Below, piece by piece: positions 26,457 through 35,817 of a stretch of DNA of 64,000 bases. Numbering within the stretch: the first letter of the stretch is position 1; every line of letters begins with the position of its first letter. Source of the stretch: a virus (taxonomy: Duplodnaviria; Caudoviricetes); IMG/VR virus record IMGVR_UViG_3300028603_000021, positions 1 to 64,000 of that record. The stretch is one strand, 5' to 3'. The translations under genes were made by a program, and so were the position numbers. A model generated the notes under the pieces. That model was not told where the DNA came from and made no database searches. It saw only the letters and a program-made list of their open reading frames with translations.

Positions 26457-26766
26457 AGTACCCCATAACTGCGTCGTATTTTTCTTTATCTGTGTAGATT
26501 TTACGCCTCAGCCACAGATGCTTATAGATTTCCTTCGCGGGTTTCATGAAATCCTCGAAGCAGGGATTTTCTCCCAGCACTGGGTCTACATCTATGGTGC
26601 CGTGTATGAGCCCTACCTTGTAGCGGTAGATAGAGTAAATCACAGCATCAACTCTATGTGCAGTCGATGGTATCCCTACTTCAAGCTCCCAGGTCGTCAC
26701 TGCTATGATTACTGACGAAGCAACTAAAGCCACGCCAGAGACAACAAGCACAAGCATTAGAAACAC
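26446..26766 (-). CDS. membrane protein (tandem paralog)
   Basis: As above; AGGAGG RBS. Confidence 0.75.
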   Translation of the reverse strand: MFLMLVLVVSGVALVASSVIIAVTTWELEVGIPSTAHRVDAVIYSIYRYKVGLIHGTIDVDPVLGENPCFEDFMKPAKEIYKHLWLRRKIYTDKEKYDAVMGYYDR

Positions 26767-27098
26767 ATCTACCTCCTTCTGGTAAAGCGTACCCGTCTGT
26801 AAGATGAGTTGTATGAGTTCGTCAGCCCTCTCTGATGCTGTCGGGCTTATGCTCTACGATATACCAGAGCCTGTACCCGATATACTCGTAGTCTCTCACG
26901 ATCACGACAGTTATAAAGTCGTAGTCGTTGTAGAAGACTGCATACTCTCCTTGACGGCTTCGCGTATCTGGCGCTCAAGTATGCTGCGCTCTGTTTCTGT
27001 ACCATATATCACACCGAAGTTCAGTGCAGCTTGCAGCCTGGCTTCTATGCCTGTGTCCACGTATCGCCTCCTTAAGAGTCAATATATCATCTAACGGC

Positions 27099-27506
27099 CT
27101 AGGTGTCAACCTTTTCGTTTGCTAAGGCTGTAAGGTAGCACTTGACTAGCGCTACTAGCGCTGCCACCGTCAATTCTTCTACAGCATTAACAGAGATCCT
27201 GTCGTAGTCGTAGACCATAAAGGTTACTGCATACTTCTTCTTATCGGTGAGAATGCTAATCACCGCACGTGACACATACTCAAACGAAGTCTCGTCCACA
27301 TCCATCTTCCATGTCCAGCCGCGACGATGGATAGCTTCCTCTATAGCGGTAAACAACACGCCATAGCGCAGTCCAGAGAGAAGCTTCCTAGGGCGAAGAT
27401 ATCTGTACTTATTACCAACAAACACCCTTACATTGTTCGGGGTAACACTACAGTACTCAGGCTCAAGTTCCGACCAAGCATGTAGTTCGCTCATTAAGTT
27501 GTTCAT
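27099..27506 (-). CDS. hypothetical protein
   Basis: ORF track, coupled. Confidence 0.7.
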   Translation of the reverse strand: MNNLMSELHAWSELEPEYCSVTPNNVRVFVGNKYRYLRPRKLLSGLRYGVLFTAIEEAIHRRGWTWKMDVDETSFEYVSRAVISILTDKKKYAVTFMVYDYDRISVNAVEELTVAALVALVKCYLTALANEKVDT

Positions 27507-28027
27507 AAAATCCCTTCAAACAGCGGCGGTGAATACGACAGTGCGCCGTCAACTATAGTCGCAGCAGACGTGTACGGGTGCTCTTGGCAGGTGTTAACTC
27601 CCATGATGTGAATAACCTCGTGCCCGTCTGACTTGAGCTTGTCTGATATCAGTCCCCGGTGGCACTTCCACCACACGGCTTCTGAGCACATGTAAGCTAT
27701 TTTTTCGCTCCGGGCAAAGTCTAAGAGTCTCTCGTAGCCTGCGGAAAATCCAGGCTCGGCCATGTAATCTGCATAGTTGCGGAACGACAGGCTCCTCCAC
27801 GCTAGGTTAGGGGAGTCTGGGTTAGCCTTCCTGCGCCTGCCACCAAGCTCTGGGATATGAGTGTACTTCACTTTTCCCAACCAGCCCGGCATGTTCTCCT
27901 GGTTAAAATGAGGAAACCTGTTAGACCCCGGATAGGTTCTTACATCAATGATTCTCTCGATGTCACCGATAACCTCAAGGAACTCCTCGACAGATCGAGT
28001 CGAGTGCCCTACAGTCCAGATGGTCAT
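27503..28027 (-). CDS. DUF488 family protein
   Basis: IWTVGHSTR..DVR..P.S..ELGGRR..MCSEA.WW.CHR. Confidence 0.9.
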   Translation of the reverse strand: MTIWTVGHSTRSVEEFLEVIGDIERIIDVRTYPGSNRFPHFNQENMPGWLGKVKYTHIPELGGRRRKANPDSPNLAWRSLSFRNYADYMAEPGFSAGYERLLDFARSEKIAYMCSEAVWWKCHRGLISDKLKSDGHEVIHIMGVNTCQEHPYTSAATIVDGALSYSPPLFEGIL

Positions 28028-28353
28028 GCTTGCTTGACAGCCGCTCCGATGATGAATGTCACGGCTATCGCAGCCGCAACTCCACCAGAAAGGATGGTCG
28101 CCCCAGAAACTAAGGCAGTACCAAAGAGGACGCTCAGAAGAAGCAGCGTTAAGTCTTGCGTAACATCTCTCTTGTGCGGGAGCATAAAGATTGTCATGTA
28201 CGCTGTCACCAGCCCGGCAAAAAGAGGAACCAAGCTGTACCACCCCGCACCGCCTACCACAGACATACCAAACGAAGTCATAGATAGAATCAGAACTACG
28301 TCTGTGTAAACCCTGTCAGGGATGCTATCAGTTAGTTTGTTCAGTGCTTCCAT
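28024..28353 (-). CDS. membrane protein
   Basis: Several hydrophobic helices. Confidence 0.7.
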   Translation of the reverse strand: MEALNKLTDSIPDRVYTDVVLILSMTSFGMSVVGGAGWYSLVPLFAGLVTAYMTIFMLPHKRDVTQDLTLLLLSVLFGTALVSGATILSGGVAAAIAVTFIIGAAVKQA

Positions 28354-28365
28354 GTATTTCCTTTC

Positions 28366-28848
28366 TTACAGCCAGAGTGATTGAAATTTCTCCGCGAAGA
28401 GCTTGAGTCCGTTGTCGATTCTTTCTTGGTCTTTTCTCATCTGAGCAAGCCACTCAGCTTGGAGAGTCTCATCTACTCCGTGTACTACAGACTCCGTGTA
28501 GTCTGTTCCCTCAACAGGCACAAACTCGTGCGTGGCGCTCGCATAGGCTTTTTTATACAGTGCATCTGATTCAGACGACCCGCCGTTTTTTATAGCTTCA
28601 AACGTCCAGATAACTTCGTCGAACCACCACTCCGTTAGGTCAGCACCGTCTTCATCTTCATATATTACACCAATGTTGTACTTCCTGAAGCGCCTGAGTC
28701 CTTCTAATATTACGGACGCAAGAGACTGGTCAAAGTTAATCAGGTAAAGTCCACCACGCTCCCAGTTTACACGAGTAGCCCAGCCAAAAACTCTCCTACG
28801 AACCGGGAAGGTAAGGTTGCTCCACCACCTGTCTAAGCTCTCTATCAT
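28366..28848 (-). CDS. hypothetical phage protein
   Basis: D.SLA.VI..GL..F..W..DE.IW.F..GL.LF...F..LW motif. Confidence 0.8.
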   Translation of the reverse strand: MIESLDRWWSNLTFPVRRRVFGWATRVNWERGGLYLINFDQSLASVILEGLRRFRKYNIGVIYEDEDGADLTEWWFDEVIWTFEAIKNGGSSESDALYKKAYASATHEFVPVEGTDYTESVVHGVDETLQAEWLAQMRKDQERIDNGLKLFAEKFQSLWL

Positions 28849-28911
28849 GGTTTAAGTTTAACCTCCTGTTCTGTTAGAAAGATGAGTGAAGCATAGGCAC
28901 AAACCACTTGT

Positions 28912-29742
28912 TCATGCCAGCTGCGTCAGGGTCTTGTAGTCTTCGTAGAGGTCTGGATCTACCATACCAAAGAGTACGTTGTAGTTATATTCCATGTCTC
29001 GGAAGACTCGACCATCCATGTCCCCATGTATGGCAGCGTAGTCTAGCTGCTCTTGAACCGCTGCGAAGACCTCTGGATGCTCCTCTGCTATCTCGGTAAC
29101 CAGAGCACCCTCCACACGATAGAAACCATCAGACCAGTCGTTACGAGTCTTCGCCATAGCGTGAGCCAGACCAAGTAAGGCATCCTTGCTGAAAAGGGCG
29201 TCCAGAGCATCACCCGCACTGGCTTCGGGAGACAAGTCATGCTTAATCTTTATCTTAGCTAGGTTGTAAGCGTATATAATCGCTTCCTTTTCCTTTTCGG
29301 CTTTCCGCTCCTGTTGGCGCTTTAGGTCATCCTCTTCCTTAGCAAGCTCTTCCCTCTGTGCCTCGGCCTCTTCCTTGTTCCTCAGATAGCTCGCGCGAAC
29401 CTGGGCGAAGCCGTCGTCCAGAGGAAACTCTCTCTCTAAGTCAGTAATCCAACCTGCGGTCTTGGTCAGCCAAGGTCGAATCCTAGCCCTGCTCTTTTCG
29501 TCTCTGACCTTGTACACAGTAGGCATCCCCACCTCGTTCATCAAGTCGTGTACACGCTTGTTGACCATTTCGTTGTGTTCTAGAGCGTCTTTGTTGGACT
29601 CCCGCTGTGCTGTTGCCTTTTGGTATGCCGCTTCTAATTCGAGTAGATACTCTCGGTTCTTACGGATACGTTCTGGCAAAGGCGAGTCGCGGGGGTAAGG
29701 GCGATAGAACGCTGGAATAGATGGGTAGTCCGTGAACTTCAT
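28912..29742 (-). CDS. coiled-coil hypothetical phage protein
   Basis: Start MKFTDY after AAGGAGG; TR.DWSDG..DGRVFRD..YNY. Confidence 0.8.
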   Translation of the reverse strand: MKFTDYPSIPAFYRPYPRDSPLPERIRKNREYLLELEAAYQKATAQRESNKDALEHNEMVNKRVHDLMNEVGMPTVYKVRDEKSRARIRPWLTKTAGWITDLEREFPLDDGFAQVRASYLRNKEEAEAQREELAKEEDDLKRQQERKAEKEKEAIIYAYNLAKIKIKHDLSPEASAGDALDALFSKDALLGLAHAMAKTRNDWSDGFYRVEGALVTEIAEEHPEVFAAVQEQLDYAAIHGDMDGRVFRDMEYNYNVLFGMVDPDLYEDYKTLTQLA

Positions 29743-29829
29743 GTTGTTTCCTCCTTGCTTAGATGATAGTTCGTGTCTGTATGAGATAAATGAGAAACCC
29801 ACCCGGATAGGTGGGCTTATGCGCAAAAA

Positions 29830-29916
29830 AGGAGGGTCAGGGATTTGAACCCTGGGGGCTTTTACACCCACTCGTTTTCAAGACGAGCGCCTTAAACCAG
29901 ACTCAGCCAACCCTCC
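29830..29916 (-). tRNA. tRNA-Ser(UGA), no CCA
   Basis: CT-TGA-AA, long variable arm. Confidence 0.85.
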
Positions 29917-29919
29917 ACG

Positions 29920-30195
29920 TCACATGCTGCACAGCGCCCTGTCATATGCTAGCTGAACATAGTCCTCCAAGTCGTGGTCATCCTCCGGGTTGTTAGGTTC
30001 ATCAACGGGATAATCTCCCCACGTGATGCGGTTATTCCCCCAGGTGCCAGCAGGAAGCCAGTCGATGTCCAGCGTAAAGCCCATCCCCTCAAGGAACGCC
30101 TCTATCTTCTCGTCGATAAGGTAACGCTCCTCTTCGGTGATATCACCGTACTGCGTCAGGTCGTCCGTGTAGCGAATCTTGATTAAATTTCTCAT
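29920..30195 (-). CDS. acidic hypothetical protein
   Basis: ORF track; promoter upstream. Confidence 0.7.
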   Translation of the reverse strand: MRNLIKIRYTDDLTQYGDITEEERYLIDEKIEAFLEGMGFTLDIDWLPAGTWGNNRITWGDYPVDEPNNPEDDHDLEDYVQLAYDRALCSM

Positions 30196-30262
30196 GCGTC
30201 ATCACTTCCTTTCTGAGAGCAGCTTATCACGGGAGCAGTTAAGTGTCAATCCTTAGATATCC

Positions 30263-30850
30263 TCATCGTTCTCTACCTTCATCGTGCGCCTTATTTACCA
30301 TCTCTTCCAGCTTTTCATTTTGCGTTCTTGCCATATCACAGTCTATAGCAGCAGCATAAGCAACAGCATAAGCAACAGCATAAGCACGATAAGCAGCAGC
30401 ATCATAAGCAGCAGCATCAGCAGCAGCATCAGCAGCAGCCCGTAATTCTTCTTTACCTGTTTCTAAAAACTCCCTAACAACATCGGGAGCGTTCCACAGA
30501 TTTATGACCTGTAATGCCGCCCACCGTGCAAACTCACGTAAGACGTTTTCAGTTTCCTCAGCAGACAGCCTCCAAAGTATCTTCCTTTCACGCGCTACTA
30601 GCTTGTCTACGGGGTCACCGTGTGCCTGTACCTCACCGCGTAACTCCACGCGACAGAGAACAGCCCCATTTTTTATTGGGGTGGTGTATTTCAGCGCATC
30701 AATAACTCTTTCACTAGCATGTAGCCCCCAGGCACATGGCACTAGTGTGCCCTCAACCCTTAGCCACTCCCCGTCAGGGGGAGCAGGCTCTCCTGTGCGT
30801 AGTTTTCCACCGGGGTGGAGGAAGTGCCAAGCAAGCTTAGAATTCATCAT
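30263..30850 (-). CDS. hypothetical protein with Ala-rich tandem repeats
   Basis: C..GLHAS..DAL.Y..RVEL.G domain plus AAD/AAY repeats. Confidence 0.8.
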   Translation of the reverse strand: MMNSKLAWHFLHPGGKLRTGEPAPPDGEWLRVEGTLVPCAWGLHASERVIDALKYTTPIKNGAVLCRVELRGEVQAHGDPVDKLVARERKILWRLSAEETENVLREFARWAALQVINLWNAPDVVREFLETGKEELRAAADAAADAAAYDAAAYRAYAVAYAVAYAAAIDCDMARTQNEKLEEMVNKAHDEGRER

Positions 30851-30902
30851 CTTTTCCCCTTTCTGTTATCTGTTAGTAGGCTACCATACGCATTTTTGGC
30901 TG

Positions 30903-31142
30903 TCAACCACCGTACCACCGTATGTGCATATAAGCTGGTACCGCTAAGGTCTTGGGCATGAAAGAGTATGCGTCTGCAAGGGCGTCATAGGTGACATACT
31001 CCTTCACATCAACAGAGAAAAAATCCCACTCCTCGTCACTCATCTCGAAGGCGGTCTTGATCGCCCTCGGACTGTCGCCTGCTGCATACCAGAACAGCCT
31101 GCCTACACCTTGTTCTAGGTAGTCTATCACGTAGTACATCAT
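30903..31142 (-). CDS. hypothetical protein
   Basis: GAGGGAG RBS. Confidence 0.65.
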   Translation of the reverse strand: MMYYVIDYLEQGVGRLFWYAAGDSPRAIKTAFEMSDEEWDFFSVDVKEYVTYDALADAYSFMPKTLAVPAYMHIRWYGG

Positions 31143-31294
31143 GTCTCCCTCTGTAGGACTGCTGTCTGGAATGCACTGTAGTCGCCGTTGAGAAAATCCT
31201 CAGCTTTGATGGTTACATCTATTGTATTGTATGTGCTTCTCAACCCGCCAAAAGCACTAAAAGAATAGTCTTTTGAGGCTAGCTGTATGTCTAA

Positions 31295-32591
31295 TTGAAG
31301 CTCTCATGACTAAAGTCACGAGATTCTTGGTTCAACGAGATTACTTGCAACCGAGGCTTGTGCACCGGTTGTAGAGGTATCCTCTCCCCAAGCGTTGGGT
31401 TTGGGCACTCCCTGCCCTACCTTGTTTAATCCCATGCGCAATATGTTTAGTGCCGCATTGTGGTCTCGGTCTAATTCCGCACCACATGAACAACTATGAA
31501 CTCTCTCAGACAGGGTTTTGACTACTTTTACCCCGCAGCTACTACACGTTTGAGATGTGTAATGCGGGGGTATTTCTGTATAAACCCTACCATACACCTC
31601 TGCGTAGTATTGCAACCACTGCCTGAAAATGCTCCATCCTGCATCCGAGATTGATTTCGCAAGTCTACTATTCCTAACCATGTTGCGCACTTTCAAGTCC
31701 TCACAGACGACAAAATCGTTTGACTGCATCACGTGGTTTGCCTGCTTAACGGCAAAATCCTTACGCTGTCTGCTTACCTTGAGATGTGCTTTGGCTAGGC
31801 GTTGTATTGACTTCCGTCTATTGTTGCTGCCTCGCTTTTTACGGCTGAGACTCCTACTGGCTTTCTTGATACGGACTTCTGCCTTTCGGTAGAAACGAGG
31901 GTTTTCAACTTTGGTTCCGCGGGAGTCTGTGTAGAAAGACTCCAAACCTACGTCTATCCCTACTGTGTTTCCGGTAGGCGGCAAATCAACGATCCTGTCG
32001 ATATCCACCACAAATTGGACGTAGTAACCATCGGCTCTTTTTAAGAGCCTGACTCTGCGAATTAAATCCTCTGGGTAGTGGTGAATGTCGTTAGTTCCGA
32101 TAAGGCGCAGTTTTCCTATGTTGTTTTTATCGGTGAAGGTAATAGATTTCCCCTCAACCTTCCACCCAGACTGTTTATACTCTACGCTTCGCATTGATTT
32201 AAACTTGGGATACCCAACTGGTTTTTGTCCGGTCTTAACACGGTCGTAGAATCTAGAGATTGCTGCCCAAGCTCTTTCTGATGCCGCCTGAACTGCGGTT
32301 GAGTTAAGCTGACCTGCCCATTCAAACTCCTTGCGTAGTTGCGTGGTATATTTGTACAAATCATACTTACCTACCTTGGTATCCGAATCTTTCGCATCCA
32401 TCCAAAGTCGTAAGCACTTGTTACGAACAAACCCGGCAGTCCGGATAGCCGCGTCTATAGTAGCAGCCTGTGCTGGTTTTGTTCTTGCTTTGTACTCAAT
32501 TATAATCACGTGTTAATTATACACGTTCTTACGCTGGAAAAGCAAGCGCAATTCATCCCATGACTGAAGTCACGGGCGTTCTTGCTTCGTC
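31295..32591 (-). mobile_element. IS200/IS605-family TnpB-only element (IS1341-like)
   Basis: Subterminal CATGACT(A/G)AAGTCACG hairpins at both ends; TTAC before left end; right end ..TTCAA. Confidence 0.85.
31316..32509 (-). CDS. tnpB: TnpB RNA-guided endonuclease
   Basis: RuvC GIDVG, CEDL, DRDHNAA; CxxC Zn finger. Confidence 0.95.
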   Translation of the reverse strand: MIIIEYKARTKPAQAATIDAAIRTAGFVRNKCLRLWMDAKDSDTKVGKYDLYKYTTQLRKEFEWAGQLNSTAVQAASERAWAAISRFYDRVKTGQKPVGYPKFKSMRSVEYKQSGWKVEGKSITFTDKNNIGKLRLIGTNDIHHYPEDLIRRVRLLKRADGYYVQFVVDIDRIVDLPPTGNTVGIDVGLESFYTDSRGTKVENPRFYRKAEVRIKKASRSLSRKKRGSNNRRKSIQRLAKAHLKVSRQRKDFAVKQANHVMQSNDFVVCEDLKVRNMVRNSRLAKSISDAGWSIFRQWLQYYAEVYGRVYTEIPPHYTSQTCSSCGVKVVKTLSERVHSCSCGAELDRDHNAALNILRMGLNKVGQGVPKPNAWGEDTSTTGAQASVASNLVEPRIS

Positions 32592-32687
32592 GTAAAAGAA
32601 GATAGATACCACTCAGCATCAAGAGTACCTATCGCGTCTAGGATATTATTCTGATAAAGCTCGTCGATCATAGCTATCGCCTTTCTG

Positions 32688-32777
32688 TGGCGGAGGAGCA
32701 GGGGGTCGAACCCTGACCGCTGTTACACGGGCACGTTTAGCAAACGTGTGCGACGAGCCACTATTCGCCTCTCCTCC
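32688..32777 (-). tRNA. tRNA-Ser(GCU)
   Basis: TT-GCT-AA, variable arm, CCA. Confidence 0.85.
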
Positions 32778-32800
32778 TCAACGCTTGTTTTTTGTCTTGG

Positions 32801-33127
32801 CTAGACTTTCGTCCACTCGATAATCTCTACCATCCTAGTCGTCTTCTTGGCAACTTCCTCGGGCTCACCGATATCATATTCGTTTTCCTGATTTTCTGTC
32901 AACCCCACACTGTATGGGAACCCATAGTAACGCCCGGTTTCATTAGAACGAAAAACCGCCAGCATATACCTATGCCACCTGCCAGAATCAGTTTCTACTG
33001 TGTCAACTAAGTCAAACTCGTCGTTACCGTCATACACCATGTCTTCCGGATATTCCTCAAGCGCCACCCTCAATTTCTCTAGGTCGTTATTTACCGGCTT
33101 TACAGCTATTCCCATCACAAACACCAT
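32801..33127 (-). CDS. hypothetical phage protein
   Basis: RW..VF..YY..Y..GLTE.QE motif. Confidence 0.75.
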   Translation of the reverse strand: MVFVMGIAVKPVNNDLEKLRVALEEYPEDMVYDGNDEFDLVDTVETDSGRWHRYMLAVFRSNETGRYYGFPYSVGLTENQENEYDIGEPEEVAKKTTRMVEIIEWTKV

Positions 33128-33297
33128 CCTTTCTTTATCTTAGCAGCGCGTAATAGGCAATAACGGCTATCACCAGCACTATACTAAGCACCATCTTGAT
33201 TAATTCGTCCTTCAGCATAAACTTCTCGCCTACAACCACAAATAGCATCATCCCGAGAAAAAGATATGCGCCCCACATATTGTGCAGGCTCCACACG

Positions 33298-33567
33298 TCA
33301 TCCCCACTTGACCACGTAAAGATCAAAGTTAGAGTTAGTAGGTATCCTGTCTACGCTGTACCCTAGAGCCCCCAGAGAACTCAGCTCAGCACCTGTGAGG
33401 TTGCGCAAAAGAAGCTGAGTATCTCCGTCAGCAATCGCTCTGAGAAGTTTCCTGCTAACCGCAGAGGCGTGCTTCGAAACTTCTCTAGCATAGTCGGCAG
33501 ACACAACGATAGGTGGTGTAGCTTGTTTCACCGAAGCGCCAAACACCTTAGAACCACTCTTTATCAT
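33298..33567 (-). CDS. hypothetical protein
   Basis: AGGAGG RBS right after tRNA-Lys. Confidence 0.7.
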   Translation of the reverse strand: MIKSGSKVFGASVKQATPPIVVSADYAREVSKHASAVSRKLLRAIADGDTQLLLRNLTGAELSSLGALGYSVDRIPTNSNFDLYVVKWG

Positions 33568-33579
33568 TTCCCTCCTCCT

Positions 33580-33655
33580 TGGTGCGCCCTGTAGGATTCG
33601 AACCTACAAATCCACAGATTAAAAGTCTGTTGCCTTACCGTTTGGCTAAGGACGC
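33580..33655 (-). tRNA. tRNA-Lys(UUU)
   Basis: Cloverleaf, CT-TTT-AA, CCA. Confidence 0.9.
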
Positions 33656-33692
33656 ATGAGGTAATATAGCGTGCATAAAGATGAGAAATATG

Positions 33693-33769
33693 TGGTGGCT
33701 AGAAGTGGAATTGAACCACTGACACCCCGCTCTTCAGGCGGGTGCTCTACCAGACTGAGCTATCTAGCC
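33693..33769 (-). tRNA. tRNA-Phe(GAA)
   Basis: Cloverleaf, CT-GAA-GA, CCA. Confidence 0.9.
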
Positions 33770-33773
33770 GTGT

Positions 33774-33848
33774 TGGAGCCCCTTGCAGGAATTGCACCCA
33801 CGTCAGTAGTTTACAAGACTACCGCTCTGCTAATTGAGCTAAAGGGGC
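33774..33848 (-). tRNA. tRNA-Thr(UGU)
   Basis: Cloverleaf, CT-TGT-AA, CCA. Confidence 0.9.
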
Positions 33849-34111
33849 AGATTTTTGTTGTACGCTTTCTTAACTAGTTCAGCAAGCTCTAGTGCTTGTT
33901 CTTCGCTGAGTATCACTGTTTCTGTCAGAAGGTTTCCATGGCGTAGAATCTGCCATGCTTGCTTAATCCTTCTCCAGGCGCTCGTGCGACTCCTTCCGCT
34001 GTTTCCATACTCCCAGAACGAAAAGTAGATATCGTTTTCTTCTGAGTATTTTTCAACCTCAAGGGAATGGCTAGAACACTCGCACTTGAAGTGCTTTGAC
34101 ACGTGCATCAT
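33839..34111 (-). CDS. hypothetical protein, stop inside tRNA-Thr
   Basis: F.C.C.SH..W.RIK.AW..L..G motif; coupled upstream. Confidence 0.75.
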   Translation of the reverse strand: MMHVSKHFKCECSSHSLEVEKYSEENDIYFSFWEYGNSGRSRTSAWRRIKQAWQILRHGNLLTETVILSEEQALELAELVKKAYNKNLPL

Positions 34112-34248
34112 TCTTCCTTTTCGTTAGCGTAGATTGCTCGGATAGCAGACTGTGCTTTCTCTTTGGTGGCGTGGTGAGAAACCACTTTTCCAGAATCCTT
34201 CTTGACTACTACCCACTTGTCTCCCTGGCGCTTGACCTTATACGGCAT
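34108..34248 (-). CDS. small basic protein (MPYKVKRQGDKW..)
   Basis: Not in track; GGAGG RBS; ATGA coupling. Confidence 0.7.
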   Translation of the reverse strand: MPYKVKRQGDKWVVVKKDSGKVVSHHATKEKAQSAIRAIYANEKEE

Positions 34249-34260
34249 ATATCCCTCCGA

Positions 34261-34482
34261 TCACGCTTGTATAGCCCACCAAGAGTCTATCATGTAATCT
34301 ATCTCTTGTATAGTGGCTTCGTCTAGCTCCTCTTCCTCGTTCAAGGTAGACGCCAGCTTCATGAGCATCCTTTTCACAAAGTACTCATGAACAGCATCAC
34401 TGTTAGGGGCGCTTTCTGAATACTGCCAAGCTCTTTCTAGACCAGTAGAGACAGCATACATGACTAACTCAGTCAGTGTCAC
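34261..34482 (-). CDS. hypothetical protein
   Basis: GGAGG RBS. Confidence 0.65.
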   Translation of the reverse strand: MTLTELVMYAVSTGLERAWQYSESAPNSDAVHEYFVKRMLMKLASTLNEEEELDEATIQEIDYMIDSWWAIQA

Positions 34483-34501
34483 ACGATGACCTCCGTTTTG
34501 A

Positions 34502-34585
34502 TGGTAGGAGCGGTGGGAGTCGAACCCACATGCACAAGGCGACAGATTTTAAGTCTGTTCTGTAAACCAGTTCCAGCACGCTCCC
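34502..34585 (-). tRNA. tRNA-Leu(UAA)
   Basis: CT-TAA-AA, variable arm, CCA. Confidence 0.9.
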
Positions 34586-34591
34586 AAAAGT

Positions 34592-34669
34592 TGGTGTCCG
34601 TGGCTGGATTTGAACCAGCACATTTTACGGGTCTAAGCCGTAATCCTCTGCCAGTTGGGATACACGGAC
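34592..34669 (-). tRNA. tRNA-Leu(UAG) lacking long variable arm
   Basis: CT-TAG-AC, CCA. Confidence 0.8.
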
Positions 34670-34673
34670 ATGC

Positions 34674-34883
34674 CTAGTATTCGTCCTCGTATTCATCCTC
34701 ATCGTCTTCATACCCATAGTAACTTACTGGACGGCTGGTTATAATCCTCCCATGGCAGTAAGGACACGCTGGAAGATCGTCTACCACGCCCTTAACTGGC
34801 TCAGCAAACTCACCATCACACGAAGTATACCACGTATCCTCGTCATATACCCAGAAACAAGCATCTCTGTCAGTCACTATCAT
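34674..34883 (-). CDS. small Zn-ribbon protein
   Basis: C.W..W.TSC..CPYC. Confidence 0.7.
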   Translation of the reverse strand: MIVTDRDACFWVYDEDTWYTSCDGEFAEPVKGVVDDLPACPYCHGRIITSRPVSYYGYEDDEDEYEDEY

Positions 34884-34911
34884 AGTTTCCCCTTATCCTT
34901 GCCGAAGATAA

Positions 34912-35085
34912 TTCCGCCCGAAGCATCACTCCGGGCGGGTCTAGAAAGGAGGTAGTACTTTGGTCTTTGGTTTGAATCCAGACACGCCACGTGGAGGCAG
35001 ACCTTGTGTCCGTTTGGCCTCCGAAGAGGCAGATGCCGATACTTCCTAGGAGCTTTCGACACCCCTTGCACCCGTCGATGCAAGC
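34912..35085 (-). ncRNA. structured RNA 3' of tRNA-Met with anti-SD tract
   Basis: GCCTC-TTCG-GAGGC and CCGCCCGGAG..CTTCGGGCGG hairpins; ACCTCCTTTCT. Confidence 0.5.
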
Positions 35086-35089
35086 TGGT

Positions 35090-35165
35090 TGGTTGCGCGG
35101 GAGGGATTCGAACCCACCTTAAGCAGCTTATGAGGCTGATGAACACACCAGTATTCTTCCGCGCA
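35090..35165 (-). tRNA. tRNA-Met(CAU), possibly initiator-type
   Basis: CT-CAT-AA; TGCGCGG/CCGCGCA-ACCA. Confidence 0.85.
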
Positions 35166-35183
35166 TCGTTGTCACAGTATACA

Positions 35184-35408
35184 TCACCTCTGACTGTATG
35201 TCAAGTAGTACGATGCTGGTATTCCCTGCCAGATAAAGTCTTCATCTTCTTCGTCGCGTATATCTATCTCGGCCTCACACATGCTCATCCCACCTGTGTC
35301 CTCTTTACACCATCCGCAAATTAAATGCTCCCATGCATAATCTTCCGCTTCCTTCAGCGAGTAAAACTTTTTGTCTATATCTCTGCTCGGTAGCTCGATT
35401 ATATACAT
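35184..35408 (-). CDS. hypothetical protein
   Basis: Start MYIIEL after AAAGGA. Confidence 0.65.
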   Translation of the reverse strand: MYIIELPSRDIDKKFYSLKEAEDYAWEHLICGWCKEDTGGMSMCEAEIDIRDEEDEDFIWQGIPASYYLTYSQR

Positions 35409-35421
35409 AGAATCCTTTCTT

Positions 35422-35496
35422 TGGGACAACCGGAGGGAGTTGAACCCTCACCAACTCCGTCACAAGGAGGTATGCAGCCATTACACCACGGTTGAC
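35422..35496 (-). tRNA. tRNA-His(GUG)
   Basis: G-1, TT-GTG-AC, CCA. Confidence 0.9.
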
Positions 35497-35672
35497 ATGC
35501 GGCTAAAGGTCTCAGCAGGCTCTTCATAGAAAGGGTCTACCATTTCAGCTCCGGGTCGGTACTCAAGGATTCCAAGGTTGACCAGAAGCTGCCCGAAACG
35601 CTGCTGTGGATGTCTCTCCACCTGTTGCGATAGGCTCTCTACTATCTTTCTGTTGTACTCTTGTCTGGTCAT
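35481..35672 (-). CDS. hypothetical protein, stop inside tRNA-His
   Basis: AAGGAG RBS; P..RFGQ.L.N..DPFYEE motif. Confidence 0.75.
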   Translation of the reverse strand: MTRQEYNRKIVESLSQQVERHPQQRFGQLLVNLGILEYRPGAEMVDPFYEEPAETFSRMSTVV

Positions 35673-35688
35673 TTCTTTCTCCTTAAGT

Positions 35689-35762
35689 TGGCTGCCCCGC
35701 CAGGGCTCGAACCTAGATTAACCGAGTCAAAGTCGGTTGTCGTGCCATTAGACCACGAGGCA
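35689..35762 (-). tRNA. tRNA-Gln(UUG)
   Basis: Cloverleaf, CT-TTG-AC, CCA. Confidence 0.9.
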
Positions 35763-35817
35763 ATGTTGTATTGCAGTTCTTATACTATCGGAATAGAGCG
35801 TGAGAATGATGATAACT

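Larger units (their letters stand above)
31139..32671 (-). pseudogene. ~78-aa gene split by the IS (32671-32592 plus ~31294-31139)
   Basis: MIDELYQ..LSSFT joins LDIQLASK..QRET* in frame if one junction base is retained. Confidence 0.65.

Noticed and set aside
30342-30440. Ala-rich repeats as a diversity-generating retroelement target
   Set aside because: Simple coding microrepeats; no template repeat or reverse transcriptase in the window.
31295-32591. IStron (group I intron plus IS)
   Set aside because: Only ~80 nt separate the left end from tnpB; no room for a ribozyme core.
29830-34669. Suppressor tRNAs or a recoded genetic code
   Set aside because: UGA, UAA and UAG here are anticodons reading UCA, UUA and CUA; ORFs are intact in the standard code.
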